Shown here one piece after another: positions 9,944 through 19,405 of a DNA stretch of 32,000 nt. The position numbers were made by a program, and so were the translations under genes. A model generated the notes under the pieces. It saw only the letters and a list, made by a program, of their open reading frames with translations. It made no database searches and was not told where the DNA came from. Positions within the stretch are counted from its first letter, which is position 1. Each line of letters starts with the position of its first letter. The stretch is from Promethearchaeum syntrophicum. GTDB taxonomy: Archaea; Asgardarchaeota; Lokiarchaeia; Sigyniarchaeales; Promethearchaeaceae. Where the stretch lies: NCBI RefSeq assembly GCF_008000775.2, contig NZ_CP042905.2:1800001-1832000 (forward strand), written 5' to 3'.

Positions 9944-10714
9944 TCATTTTTTCCAAATGCGATAAAATAAATCATCTTTTTTTGGCATTAACATTGAATC
10001 TTGTGGTATTGGATCATTTGTAAATTCAACAGGACAATTTTCAATAAGAACACAAGGTGTTTGTTCATCACATTCGCCCATAACGACATGTGCCGTATCA
10101 GATAATTGATCAGCTATTGCGCGAGTGGTCCATTTCATTTCATGTCCGAATAGATCCTTTCTTCCTCGACAATCTATTATCGGATGAAACCCATCAATTC
10201 CAATTGCAACTCCAACAACTCCCTTTCTTATGGGTTGAACACGAGAATCTGAAATGATTATTCCAAAATCTGTTAACCCAAATTTTTGTTTGATTTTCTG
10301 AACTAGATCACGCGCAGAGCCAAAAGGGTTCCTGGGCCAAAGTGAAACCTTTCCTTCTATACCGGAATTTGATTCGTCTATACCGCCATTAGCAATCAAA
10401 ATACCATTTTTTTCAGTAAAGAGCATTCCTGGAATACCCCCAACAATTTCATCTGATTCTTCTAAAACCAACTGAGCAAATTTTGGATCAATTTGATATT
10501 TTAAGGCAAGTTCTTCTGCTTTTTCCGAAATATTTTTCACAGATTCGATGTCAATTATTCTATTTTCAGAGGTACCCACCAATGTTTCTGCAATAACTAT
10601 AACTGATCGTTCCGTTAATTCTATTTTATTATAATCCAAAGTTTCACAGATTACTTCAAACAGATTTTCATTATTTTTAATGATATGAGAAGTTTTTAGG
10701 GCCGTAACTTTCAT
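9944..10714 (-). CDS. cofE: Coenzyme F420-0:L-glutamate ligase family protein (CofE / FolC2-like, COG1478-type)
   Basis: VIAETLVGTSENRIIDI, GIPGMLFTEKNGILIANGGIDESN, LWPRNPFGSARDL, IISDSRVQPIRKGVVGVAIGIDGFHPI, DLFGHEM, ADQLSDTAHVVMGE. Confidence 0.88.
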   Translation of the reverse strand: MKVTALKTSHIIKNNENLFEVICETLDYNKIELTERSVIVIAETLVGTSENRIIDIESVKNISEKAEELALKYQIDPKFAQLVLEESDEIVGGIPGMLFTEKNGILIANGGIDESNSGIEGKVSLWPRNPFGSARDLVQKIKQKFGLTDFGIIISDSRVQPIRKGVVGVAIGIDGFHPIIDCRGRKDLFGHEMKWTTRAIADQLSDTAHVVMGECDEQTPCVLIENCPVEFTNDPIPQDSMLMPKKDDLFYRIWKK

Positions 10715-12048
10715 TTGCTATAACCTTCAAATGTTTTTGAATACCTTATTTTAGCTTCCTTTTCTTTTTTTAGAGTATTTTCAATTAAGGATGCAATAAT
10801 ATCTAATTTTAGATGTTGACCTTTTAGTTTTTTTATCAAGCTTTTAAATTGACCAATCGTCCCTATTAACACAACATCAAAGATTTCCTCGGTTTTCTTC
10901 CATTCAGTTGAGATTACTTGACTGTGGGTAGCAGCATCTCCTCCTCTTGAAAGGAGTTCTTGTTTTAAAATCAAAGCTGCAGGAGCTGTGATATTATGTA
11001 GAACAATTAACTTATTGATCATTTTTTGGTTCATAATTTTTGAACCACCAGGAAAGACGCCATATGATCTTAAAAAGTAATCAGCACCAAGAGGATTTGT
11101 AAAAGGATCAATGATTTCACAAATATGACTATCAGCTTTTGAGATTATCGGTTTCTTTCGAATTGATGTTGCAACTTTAATTGTTTGTTTAACCTTTTGA
11201 TCAACATCATGTGTGCGAATAATATGGGCTCCATTATATACGGCAATCGAAGTTGCAGCTAAACTCCCTATTTCTCTTTTATCTGTGTCAGATTCATCAA
11301 GAATAGAACCAATGAAGGATTTTCTTGATAATCCAATAAGAATCGGATTTCTAAAACAACGAAAACTTTCGATCGAATCAAGTATCGCGAGATCATATTC
11401 GTAGGTCTTTTCAGAAATCCATTTACCTATCCCGGGGTCAACAATTACTTTACTTGTATCATATCCCTTATCTCGAAGTTGAGTTATGGTAGCGTGTAAA
11501 GCCTTTAGAATTTCATCAATAGATTTTCTGTCTCCCGGTTTATTTTCTGTAGCCATTAGTACAATTGGGCATCCATATTCACATATAATATCAATCATTT
11601 TTGGATCTGTTTTAAACGAGCTTATATCGTTGATAATAGATCTAATCTCATTTTTTTTAGCAAATTCTAATCCCAATTTCGCAATTTCTGCATATTGAGT
11701 ATCAAATGAAAGAATAATATCTTTAGGAAAGTGCTTTGATAACAGATTTAGTGCATTTAATATGCGTTTTTTCTCTTCTTCAACAGAAATTACATCTGAC
11801 CAAGGAGCAGTAGATCTTGCCCCTATATCGATGATAGATGCTCCATTTTTAATAAAATTCTTGAGCTTCTCAATTAAACTATCATTTGGAACAAAGGAAT
11901 TTTTATGGAAACTTTCTGGGCTTAAATTAATTACACCCATAATTCTAACTGGATTAAAATCACCAATTGAGTAACCCGGAAATAATTCATTATTGATAAT
12001 CCCCATTAATCTGAAATAATGTTTCCAATTATTTATATTTTGAAACAA
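10711..12048 (-). CDS. folP: Dihydropteroate synthase-like protein with C-terminal extension
   Basis: IMGVINLSPESF, GASIIDIGARSTAPW, NDISSFKTDPKM, VIVDPGIGKW, LIGLSRKSFIG, THDV; last about 170 aa lie outside the canonical TIM barrel. Confidence 0.8.
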   Translation of the reverse strand: MFQNINNWKHYFRLMGIINNELFPGYSIGDFNPVRIMGVINLSPESFHKNSFVPNDSLIEKLKNFIKNGASIIDIGARSTAPWSDVISVEEEKKRILNALNLLSKHFPKDIILSFDTQYAEIAKLGLEFAKKNEIRSIINDISSFKTDPKMIDIICEYGCPIVLMATENKPGDRKSIDEILKALHATITQLRDKGYDTSKVIVDPGIGKWISEKTYEYDLAILDSIESFRCFRNPILIGLSRKSFIGSILDESDTDKREIGSLAATSIAVYNGAHIIRTHDVDQKVKQTIKVATSIRKKPIISKADSHICEIIDPFTNPLGADYFLRSYGVFPGGSKIMNQKMINKLIVLHNITAPAALILKQELLSRGGDAATHSQVISTEWKKTEEIFDVVLIGTIGQFKSLIKKLKGQHLKLDIIASLIENTLKKEKEAKIRYSKTFEGYSK

Positions 12049-12268
12049 TATTTCAATTTGATTGAATATTAGAATTTTGGTGATTATATTAGTTTATAAA
12101 AATTTTATGTTGGAATTTTTAATTTGAATTAATGATTTTCATAATTACTATTAGAATTTGCATCTTTTTTATTGAATTTTCTATCGAAATCGATCATATT
12201 TAAAGAGAAATTCTTAATAGAGGTCGAGCATTATATTTCTATGTATAAACAAAAAAAAATCCACCCTT

Positions 12269-14533
12269 TTGCGCTATTTTCAATTATTTTTATTAATGGA
12301 TGATGAATATATGAGTTCAAAAAAGATTCAGCTTAAAATTAAAGGAGATTTAAATAATAAAAATAAAACCGAAACAAAAGATAAAAATGATTCAGCGGAA
12401 AATATTGTTGTTCAAGAAGGATTAGAAGAAAGTAATAAAAATACTCCTTCCCAAAATGAAGAAATAACTCCAAAAGCAATAAATAAGAATGAATTCCAAC
12501 AAAAAACATCAAAACCTGAATCCAAAATAAAAAAAGATTATAATGCAGAAAACATCGTTGTTTTAGAAGGATTAGAAGGGATTAGAAAACGACCTTCCAT
12601 GTACATCGGCTCTCAAGGAAGGCGAGGATTTCACCATCTTGCTTTTGAAGTAATTGATAATTCAATTGATGAAGTGATTGGAGGATTTTGTTCGAAAATC
12701 CAAGTTATTCTTGAAGCAGATAATTCATGTACCATTAGAGATAACGGTCGTGGTATACCAGTTTCAAAGCATCCTAAGAAGGGAGTTTCTTCCTTAGAAA
12801 TTGTTTTTACATCTCTTCATTCAGGTGGAAAATTTGATAAAAAATCCTACGCGGTGTCCGGAGGACTTCATGGGGTTGGTCTGGCAGTAGTTAATGCTTG
12901 TTCGGAATGGTCTACGGCAAAAGTCAGAAGAAATGGAAAACTATACAAGATAAAAATGGCTCGAGGTCATATTATCGACCATTTATCTGAAAGAGAGACA
13001 GATAGAGCATTGGATGATACAGGTACCGAGATTCAATTTTTACCAGATAAGGAAATATTTACTGGAATGGAAGAAGAACAATATCTGTTTGATTATGATT
13101 ATTTAGCAGGAAGATTAAGAGATCTTGCTTATTTAAATCCAATTGAGATCGAAATTATTGACAGAAGAGCGGAGAAAGAAAAAAGTGAAATTTTCAAGTA
13201 TGAAGATGGATTAGCTGATTTCGTCAATTATCTGAATAAAGCCAAGAAGACACTGCATGAAAATATTGTCCATTTTAAAAAAAAGAGCAATGGGATTATT
13301 GTTGAATTATCTTTTCAATATAATGAATCATATAATGAAATTGTTCAGTCATTCGTAAATAATATAAACACTATCGAAGGGGGTACCCATTTAACAGGAT
13401 TTAAATCTGCCCTTTCAAGAGTATTCAATAATTACATTAAGGATCACCAGTCACAATTTAAAAATCTAAAAGATAAAACCCTAAAAGGGACGGATGTTAG
13501 AGAAGGGATTGTGGCAATTCTCTCTGTTAGTGTTCCCGAACCCCAATTTGAAGGGCAAACAAAAACAAAATTAGGAAATCCTGAAGTTAAAACCATAGTT
13601 TCCGACATTGTATATGAAGAAGTTTATCATCATTTTGATTCAAATCCAAAGGAAACCAAATCTATAATACATAAATGTATTAGCGCTCAACAAGCACGAC
13701 TTGCTAGTCAAAAAGCTAGAGAACTAACCAGAAGAAAATCTGCTTTGGAAACCTTACGCTTACCTGGGAAATTAGCTGATTGTTCTTCAAAAAAAGCTGA
13801 AGAATGTGAAATTTTTATTGTCGAGGGAGATTCTGCAGGTGGATCTGCAAAACAAGGAAGAAATCGCAGTACTCAAGCAATTTTACCATTACGAGGTAAA
13901 ATTTTGAACGTAGAAAAATCCAGGATCGGAAAAATCCTTGAAAATAAAGAAATTGCAGCAATGATTAAAGCCATCGGTGTTGGGATCGACGAAGGGAAAA
14001 ACAATGGAGATGAAGAGGATGATGATGATGATGAGGAAAGCCAATTCGATATTTCTCAACTTAGGTATCATAAAATAATTATAATGTGTGATGCTGATGT
14101 TGATGGACATCATATCGAGACTTTATTATTAACATTTTTCTTTAGATATATGAGACCTTTAATTGATGAGGGTCATATTTATCTTGCCGTACCGCCAATT
14201 TACAAACTAAATTACAAAAATAAATTTAAATATCTATATATTGCAGATGAAGCCAAACTACTTAATGCCGAATTAGAATCTTTCATGAAAGAACATAAAA
14301 TATCAGATATTTCAAAAATTAAAGTTCAACGATATAAGGGGTTAGGGGAAATGAATCCCGAAGAATTATGGGATACTACAATGGAACCTGAGAACAGGCG
14401 CTTAATCAGAGTTAAATATGATGATTTCACTAACACCGATATTCTCTTTTCAATTCTAATGGGGAGTGAAGTAGCACCACGACGGGAATATATAGTTGAA
14501 AATTATAATAAAGTATTGAATTTGGATATTTAG
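12269..14533 (+). CDS. gyrB: DNA gyrase subunit B (true start possibly at an internal Met, e.g. MDDEY or MSSKK)
   Basis: VLEGLEGIRKRPSMYIG, DNSIDEVIGG, DNGRGIPVSKH, GGLHGVGLAVVNACS, EGDSAGGSAKQGRNRSTQAILPLRGKILNVEKSR, DADVDGHHIETLLLTFFFRYM, RYKGLGEMNPEELWDTTM. Confidence 0.97.
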   Translation: MRYFQLFLLMDDEYMSSKKIQLKIKGDLNNKNKTETKDKNDSAENIVVQEGLEESNKNTPSQNEEITPKAINKNEFQQKTSKPESKIKKDYNAENIVVLEGLEGIRKRPSMYIGSQGRRGFHHLAFEVIDNSIDEVIGGFCSKIQVILEADNSCTIRDNGRGIPVSKHPKKGVSSLEIVFTSLHSGGKFDKKSYAVSGGLHGVGLAVVNACSEWSTAKVRRNGKLYKIKMARGHIIDHLSERETDRALDDTGTEIQFLPDKEIFTGMEEEQYLFDYDYLAGRLRDLAYLNPIEIEIIDRRAEKEKSEIFKYEDGLADFVNYLNKAKKTLHENIVHFKKKSNGIIVELSFQYNESYNEIVQSFVNNINTIEGGTHLTGFKSALSRVFNNYIKDHQSQFKNLKDKTLKGTDVREGIVAILSVSVPEPQFEGQTKTKLGNPEVKTIVSDIVYEEVYHHFDSNPKETKSIIHKCISAQQARLASQKARELTRRKSALETLRLPGKLADCSSKKAEECEIFIVEGDSAGGSAKQGRNRSTQAILPLRGKILNVEKSRIGKILENKEIAAMIKAIGVGIDEGKNNGDEEDDDDDEESQFDISQLRYHKIIIMCDADVDGHHIETLLLTFFFRYMRPLIDEGHIYLAVPPIYKLNYKNKFKYLYIADEAKLLNAELESFMKEHKISDISKIKVQRYKGLGEMNPEELWDTTMEPENRRLIRVKYDDFTNTDILFSILMGSEVAPRREYIVENYNKVLNLDI

Positions 14534-14540
14534 GATTAAA

Positions 14541-17036
14541 ATGTCAAATACAAATGAATCTGAGACTGGTTCAACTCCAGTACTATCACAAATAATTGAG
14601 CGGGAATTAAGAACGGAACTTTCTCGTTCATATCTCGATTATTCTATGTCTGTTATAGTTGGAAGAGCTATTCCTGATGTTAGAGATGGTTGCAAACCAG
14701 TTCAACGCAGAATATTGTATTCTATGGCTCAGAATAATTTTTATCACAACCGACCTCATTTCAAATGTGCCCGTATCGTTGGAGATTGTATGGGAAAGTA
14801 TCATCCTCATGGAGATCAATCAGTTTATGCTGCACTAGTTAGATTAGCACAAGAATTTTCTGTGCGATATATGTTAATTGATAAACAAGGTAATTTTGGC
14901 TCAGTAGATGGAGATGCTGCTGCTGCAATGCGTTATACCGAAGCTCGATTAGCTCAAATATCTGAACTATTATTAGAAGAACTGGATAAAGACACCGTAG
15001 ATTTTCAAGATAATTTTGATGGTTCACTCAAAGAACCAGTCTATTTACCTGCAAAACTTCCGTTATTATTAATGAACGGAGCGTCCGGAATAGCGGTGGG
15101 AATGTCAACAACTATTGCTCCCCACAATCTAAACGAAATTAATGATGCAATTTGCGCAGCCATTGATATGGGTGTTGATAAGTTCGATGGAAATGAAGTT
15201 GAGAAATTTATTAAAGGTCCTGATTTTCCAACTGGTGGCATTATTATGGGTAAGCAAGGAATCAAAGACGCAATTCATACAGGTCGGGGTTCCATTGTTT
15301 TACGAGGAAAATGCGAGATAATTCCTAATGGCACTGGAAAAAACCGTGATTCAATCATTGTAACCGAAATTCCATATGTTGTAAATAAATCGAGTTTAAT
15401 TCAAAAAATTGCATTATTAGTTAATAATAAAGTAATTCCAGAAATATCTGATGTTCGGGATGAATCAGATCGCAAGGGTATGAGAATTGTAATAGAACTT
15501 AAGAAAAATTCTGATGCCAATGCTTGTTTGAATCGATTATACCATAAAACTCAACTTCAAAACACTTTTAATATCCTTAATTTGGCTCTAATAAATAACG
15601 GTAGACAGCCAAAAGTGCTAAATTACGCAGAAATCATTAAAGAATTTATAACTCACCGTGAGGAAGTAATAAAACGGAGAACTATTTTTAATTTGAAAAA
15701 AGCAGAACGAAGAATGCACATCATCGAAGGGTTACTAATTGCAATTGATAATATCGATGCTATTGTTCAGCTCATAAAAAAAAGTGCAGATGCTAAGGAT
15801 GCAGCCCAAGTCTTAATGAAAAACTATTCCCTCACAGATTTACAAGTCACAGAAATTCTGAAAATGCCTCTTAGTCGTTTAACTAATTTACAAAATAAAA
15901 AATTGATTGATGAAAAAAGTGTTCTTGTAAAGACCATCAAAGAGTTAAAAGCCATTCTTGCAGATCGCAATAAAATTTTAAATATAATCAAAACGGAATC
16001 CAAAGAAAATTCAAAGAGATATGGGGATGAACGAAGGACAGAAATTCAAGAAATGGAAGAAGAATTGAAAATTACTTACAAAGAAACTGTCCCTGAAGAA
16101 CAATGTGTTATTGTAATCACTCAAGATCAAAAAGTTAAACGAATGACTCTTGAACAATATCAAGCTCAAGGAAGAGGTGGAAAAGGAAAGCGGGGTATGA
16201 AAATGAGAGAAGAAGATGTTATCGTAGATATGTTTATTGCTTCAAGTCATGATACTATTTTGCTTTTTACTCAACAAGGAAGGGTCTATTCTGTTCCAGC
16301 TTTCAAATTTCCTTTAGCTTCCAGAAATGCACAAGGTAAGGCTCTTGTAAATTATGTAAATCTCCGGCCTGGTGAAAAAATAATTGATATTGTTAGTATT
16401 GAAAACTTTTCAGATGTAAAGACAAGTTTAGTTTTTGTTTCCGCTAAGGGTATAGCAAAAAAAACAAATTTAAATGCATTTTCTAAAATTCGACAGACCG
16501 GAATTAAATGCATCACAATTCGTGAAGATGATCAACTTGTTCGTGTAAAATTATGTAACCCGAAAGAAGAAGTTCTAATTGCAACAAAAAATGGTTTTGC
16601 TATTCGTTTCAAAGAAAATGAACTCAGATCATCTGGAAGAACTGCCATGGGTGTTAAAGGAATTACTTTACGCGGAGATGATAAAGTAGTTGATGCAGTT
16701 ATTCATGATCCAGATACTTCAATAATCACTATTACTAAAAAAGGGTATGGGAAACATACTAAATTGAAACTCTATCGTTTGACTCATCGAGGAGGTAAAG
16801 GTGTAATAAATATTAAATTACGGTCTGAAAAAGATGAGGTTATCGCTGTTAAAGCCGTTCCTTCCGAAAAAAATCTCTTACTCGCGAGTGAAATGGGTTT
16901 ATTAATCCGAATTCGCACTGAAGATATTCGAGAAACTGGAAGAGCTACAATGGGTGTAATTATAATGAGGTTTAGTGCTGACGAAGATGAAATCTCTTCA
17001 GTTGCCCTTTGTAATATAGAAGAAGAGTTATGTTAG
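14541..17036 (+). CDS. gyrA: DNA gyrase subunit A
   Basis: DYSMSVIVGRAIPDVRDGCKPVQRRILYSM, KYHPHGDQSVYAALVRLAQ, active-site region DAAAAMRYTEARL, GyrA-box QAQGRGGKG at 16161-16187, repeated beta-pinwheel blades. Starts 7 nt after gyrB stop. Confidence 0.97.
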   Translation: MSNTNESETGSTPVLSQIIERELRTELSRSYLDYSMSVIVGRAIPDVRDGCKPVQRRILYSMAQNNFYHNRPHFKCARIVGDCMGKYHPHGDQSVYAALVRLAQEFSVRYMLIDKQGNFGSVDGDAAAAMRYTEARLAQISELLLEELDKDTVDFQDNFDGSLKEPVYLPAKLPLLLMNGASGIAVGMSTTIAPHNLNEINDAICAAIDMGVDKFDGNEVEKFIKGPDFPTGGIIMGKQGIKDAIHTGRGSIVLRGKCEIIPNGTGKNRDSIIVTEIPYVVNKSSLIQKIALLVNNKVIPEISDVRDESDRKGMRIVIELKKNSDANACLNRLYHKTQLQNTFNILNLALINNGRQPKVLNYAEIIKEFITHREEVIKRRTIFNLKKAERRMHIIEGLLIAIDNIDAIVQLIKKSADAKDAAQVLMKNYSLTDLQVTEILKMPLSRLTNLQNKKLIDEKSVLVKTIKELKAILADRNKILNIIKTESKENSKRYGDERRTEIQEMEEELKITYKETVPEEQCVIVITQDQKVKRMTLEQYQAQGRGGKGKRGMKMREEDVIVDMFIASSHDTILLFTQQGRVYSVPAFKFPLASRNAQGKALVNYVNLRPGEKIIDIVSIENFSDVKTSLVFVSAKGIAKKTNLNAFSKIRQTGIKCITIREDDQLVRVKLCNPKEEVLIATKNGFAIRFKENELRSSGRTAMGVKGITLRGDDKVVDAVIHDPDTSIITITKKGYGKHTKLKLYRLTHRGGKGVINIKLRSEKDEVIAVKAVPSEKNLLLASEMGLLIRIRTEDIRETGRATMGVIIMRFSADEDEISSVALCNIEEELC

Positions 17037-17052
17037 TTTTTTATTTTTCATG

Positions 17053-17679
17053 TTAAGGTGGTAATACCATTAGTAGCCAACTAATGAGTATTAACAATCC
17101 GATAAGAAAGATAATTGGAAAAAAAATATATTCCTTCCAATCATAATCTTTTGCATATTCTTCAATATCTTTTGTTGTAAATCCTACTTCAGATTTAATG
17201 CTTCTTAGGACCTCTTCAAATTGAGTAAAAAGATATTTTCGCCAATCTACATAAATAAATTTAATGTAATACACAAAAAACGCTGTTATTAAAATATTTA
17301 ATAGAATTTTAATAAAAATGGGTATTTCTAGTGAAGAATATTCAATAATAGATAGAAATATGGAGGATATAACGATAAATAAGGGTAATAATATTTTTTT
17401 CTTAGGGAATTTCTTCTTTTTTATGAAATCCATTTTTTCATGAGCGAAATTGAAAGCTACATATTTGGTTGTCTCTTTGATGTCTTTATCGTACATTGAA
17501 ATTCTCAAATTATTTGTTTCTTTTTGAAATCCCCAGAAAATATCAATCAGCTCAGATTCATCACGAGTATCAATTACAGCATTCTTAGGTTGTTCGTTTA
17601 GGATGTCATCTAAACCTAATTTATAGTAGACATCCAGTAAAATTTCTTCAGATTTTTCAATAGGGAATTTTTCGCTCAA
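17053..17679 (-). CDS. Hypothetical membrane protein, about 3 predicted TM segments
   Basis: Hydrophobic stretches ILLPLFIVISSIFLSII, FIKILLNILITAFFVYYIKFIYV and IFFPIIFLIGLLILISWLLMVLP. Confidence 0.75.
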   Translation of the reverse strand: MSEKFPIEKSEEILLDVYYKLGLDDILNEQPKNAVIDTRDESELIDIFWGFQKETNNLRISMYDKDIKETTKYVAFNFAHEKMDFIKKKKFPKKKILLPLFIVISSIFLSIIEYSSLEIPIFIKILLNILITAFFVYYIKFIYVDWRKYLFTQFEEVLRSIKSEVGFTTKDIEEYAKDYDWKEYIFFPIIFLIGLLILISWLLMVLPP

Positions 17680-17882
17680 AACTTCTCCTCCAAAGAGTCA
17701 AAGAAATATATTAAGTAAACTTTTATAAATTTTTAGACTTTATTGTTAAAAACGCCATCTAACATTCGCGATCCTAATTTAAATAATATATTTCAAAAGA
17801 ATTATAAAATGATAAGTAGAAATGATATACATTACTCACTTTTTGATATCAAGATCTATAAATATATTTGGTGAATAGTTAA

Positions 17883-19274
17883 TTGGATGAAAAAACAAAA
17901 AATGGATTGGATCAAAAAAGTGTGATTAAACCAACCGATACATTCCCTGATAATAATATAGTGTATAGAGTTGCGCATTTTATTCAAAAATATAGAGTTA
18001 ATAGATTTTTCCAATATGTTCCCTTCACAATTTTTAGAGCTCTCTCTGTTCCAATTGGTTTTCAGCATGCAGTTAATGGCCATTCTCAATTATCGAAGAC
18101 ATGGAAATTCCTATACCCTCCAAAATTCTTAGAGAAAATTAATTTAAAAAGATGGACAAATTCCTTTATTCGGTACAATATTCAACTGTATTTTGATCAG
18201 GCTTTATATTTATCACTTAGAAATTCAAAAAATAAAGATTTTTTCCATCCTGTAGTTGGTTTAAACCACCTTGAAAAAGCGATTCGCCAAAAAAAGGGGG
18301 TACTAATACCCTTAATTCATTTGGGGGAATATCTCCACCCTTTATATACGCTTTTCCATCGCAATGTAAACGTGGCTGAGAATTCCCAAAAAATTTTTGT
18401 TGCTGCGTTATCCTCGAAAGAGAACGAATTCCTTTTTAGAGAAGAAATTAAGAAAATTGATAATCTTTCAGCAATTATTACAACGGATTTTAAATCTGTG
18501 CAAAAAACAGTTCAATTTTACTTAAAAAAAAATTATTGTGTATTTCTTGCTCAAGATTACTACGCTAAGAAACAATTAAGAGTGCCCTTTCTCTACAATT
18601 CAAAATTCTACAATTTTCTCACACCTTGTCCTCAGATGTTAACAAATCTCCATCTAAATTTAGGATGTCCTATTATTCCAGTAACTACATACCCAAGACA
18701 GAATTTGAAATTCTCCGTTGTAAAATTCCTACCTGAAATTAATCCTATGACTGTGGATATTTCCAATGAAGATCAAACACTTCAAAAAGAAATCATGAAA
18801 TTTCGGGATGGAACTCTTACCAAAAAGCAAAAATATGGTTTATTATCTCTCTTAATTAATAGAAAGCTGAATTATTATTTATTACAGTACCCCTATTTAT
18901 GGCAAGGAGCATTTCTATTCTTCGATAGAACCCAGTTAAGAATTAAGTTTAAAAATGTAAAGTCTTACATTCAAATGTTGAAAATTAGTATTTCAAAATT
19001 AGTATTATTTATCCAAAATTCATATGAACCTGGTAGAAAAGATGAAGTTATTTTAAATACTTTAAAAACCTTTATTGCTGATTTAGAGGAGATTAAAGAG
19101 GATCCAAGAGACATCGTCACTTTAAAAAATAGTTATATTGAAATTAGTTGCCTTAATGGGAAAAAAGTATTTAATAAAGTTGTTAAAATTCTATTAACCT
19201 ATCAAAATTCCCATATTAAGCAAAACCACAGTTTCATTTCTCCGAGATTAAAATCCCTACTAAAGCTATTTTAA
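17883..19274 (+). CDS. LpxL/HtrB-like lysophospholipid acyltransferase family protein
   Basis: LEKAIRQKKGVLIPLIHLGEYLHPLY ... TVQFYLKKNYCVFLAQDYYAKKQLRVPFLYNSKFYNFLTPCPQMLTNLHLNLGCPIIPVTTY resembles the HxxxxE / G..V....D....G..V.F / G.P.A..TGAP(V)(V)P layout of LpxL-like acyltransferases. Confidence 0.6.
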   Translation: MDEKTKNGLDQKSVIKPTDTFPDNNIVYRVAHFIQKYRVNRFFQYVPFTIFRALSVPIGFQHAVNGHSQLSKTWKFLYPPKFLEKINLKRWTNSFIRYNIQLYFDQALYLSLRNSKNKDFFHPVVGLNHLEKAIRQKKGVLIPLIHLGEYLHPLYTLFHRNVNVAENSQKIFVAALSSKENEFLFREEIKKIDNLSAIITTDFKSVQKTVQFYLKKNYCVFLAQDYYAKKQLRVPFLYNSKFYNFLTPCPQMLTNLHLNLGCPIIPVTTYPRQNLKFSVVKFLPEINPMTVDISNEDQTLQKEIMKFRDGTLTKKQKYGLLSLLINRKLNYYLLQYPYLWQGAFLFFDRTQLRIKFKNVKSYIQMLKISISKLVLFIQNSYEPGRKDEVILNTLKTFIADLEEIKEDPRDIVTLKNSYIEISCLNGKKVFNKVVKILLTYQNSHIKQNHSFISPRLKSLLKLF

Positions 19275-19405
19275 AAGATCTTCCATAACAATAACCCTTC
19301 TATACAATAATTTTCTGAATGCGATCCAATTCTTTTGACCAACAAAAAAAAGACTATTAAGTAAATAAGATAAATATGATAGTATACGTTTAGAAGGAAA
19401 TTACA

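Noticed and set aside
10900-12000. Plus-strand ORFs at 11213-11404, 11486-11698, 11762-11974
   Set aside because: Antisense shadows of the folP-like gene.
13960-14046. Possible intein or frameshift in GyrB at the acidic (gat)n run
   Set aside because: Reading frame is continuous, with no intein splice motifs; only a short insertion.
14628-15265. ORFs at 14628-14819, 14839-15027, 15041-15265 and antisense ORF 13889-14113
   Set aside because: Shadow ORFs over the highly conserved gyrA and gyrB coding regions.
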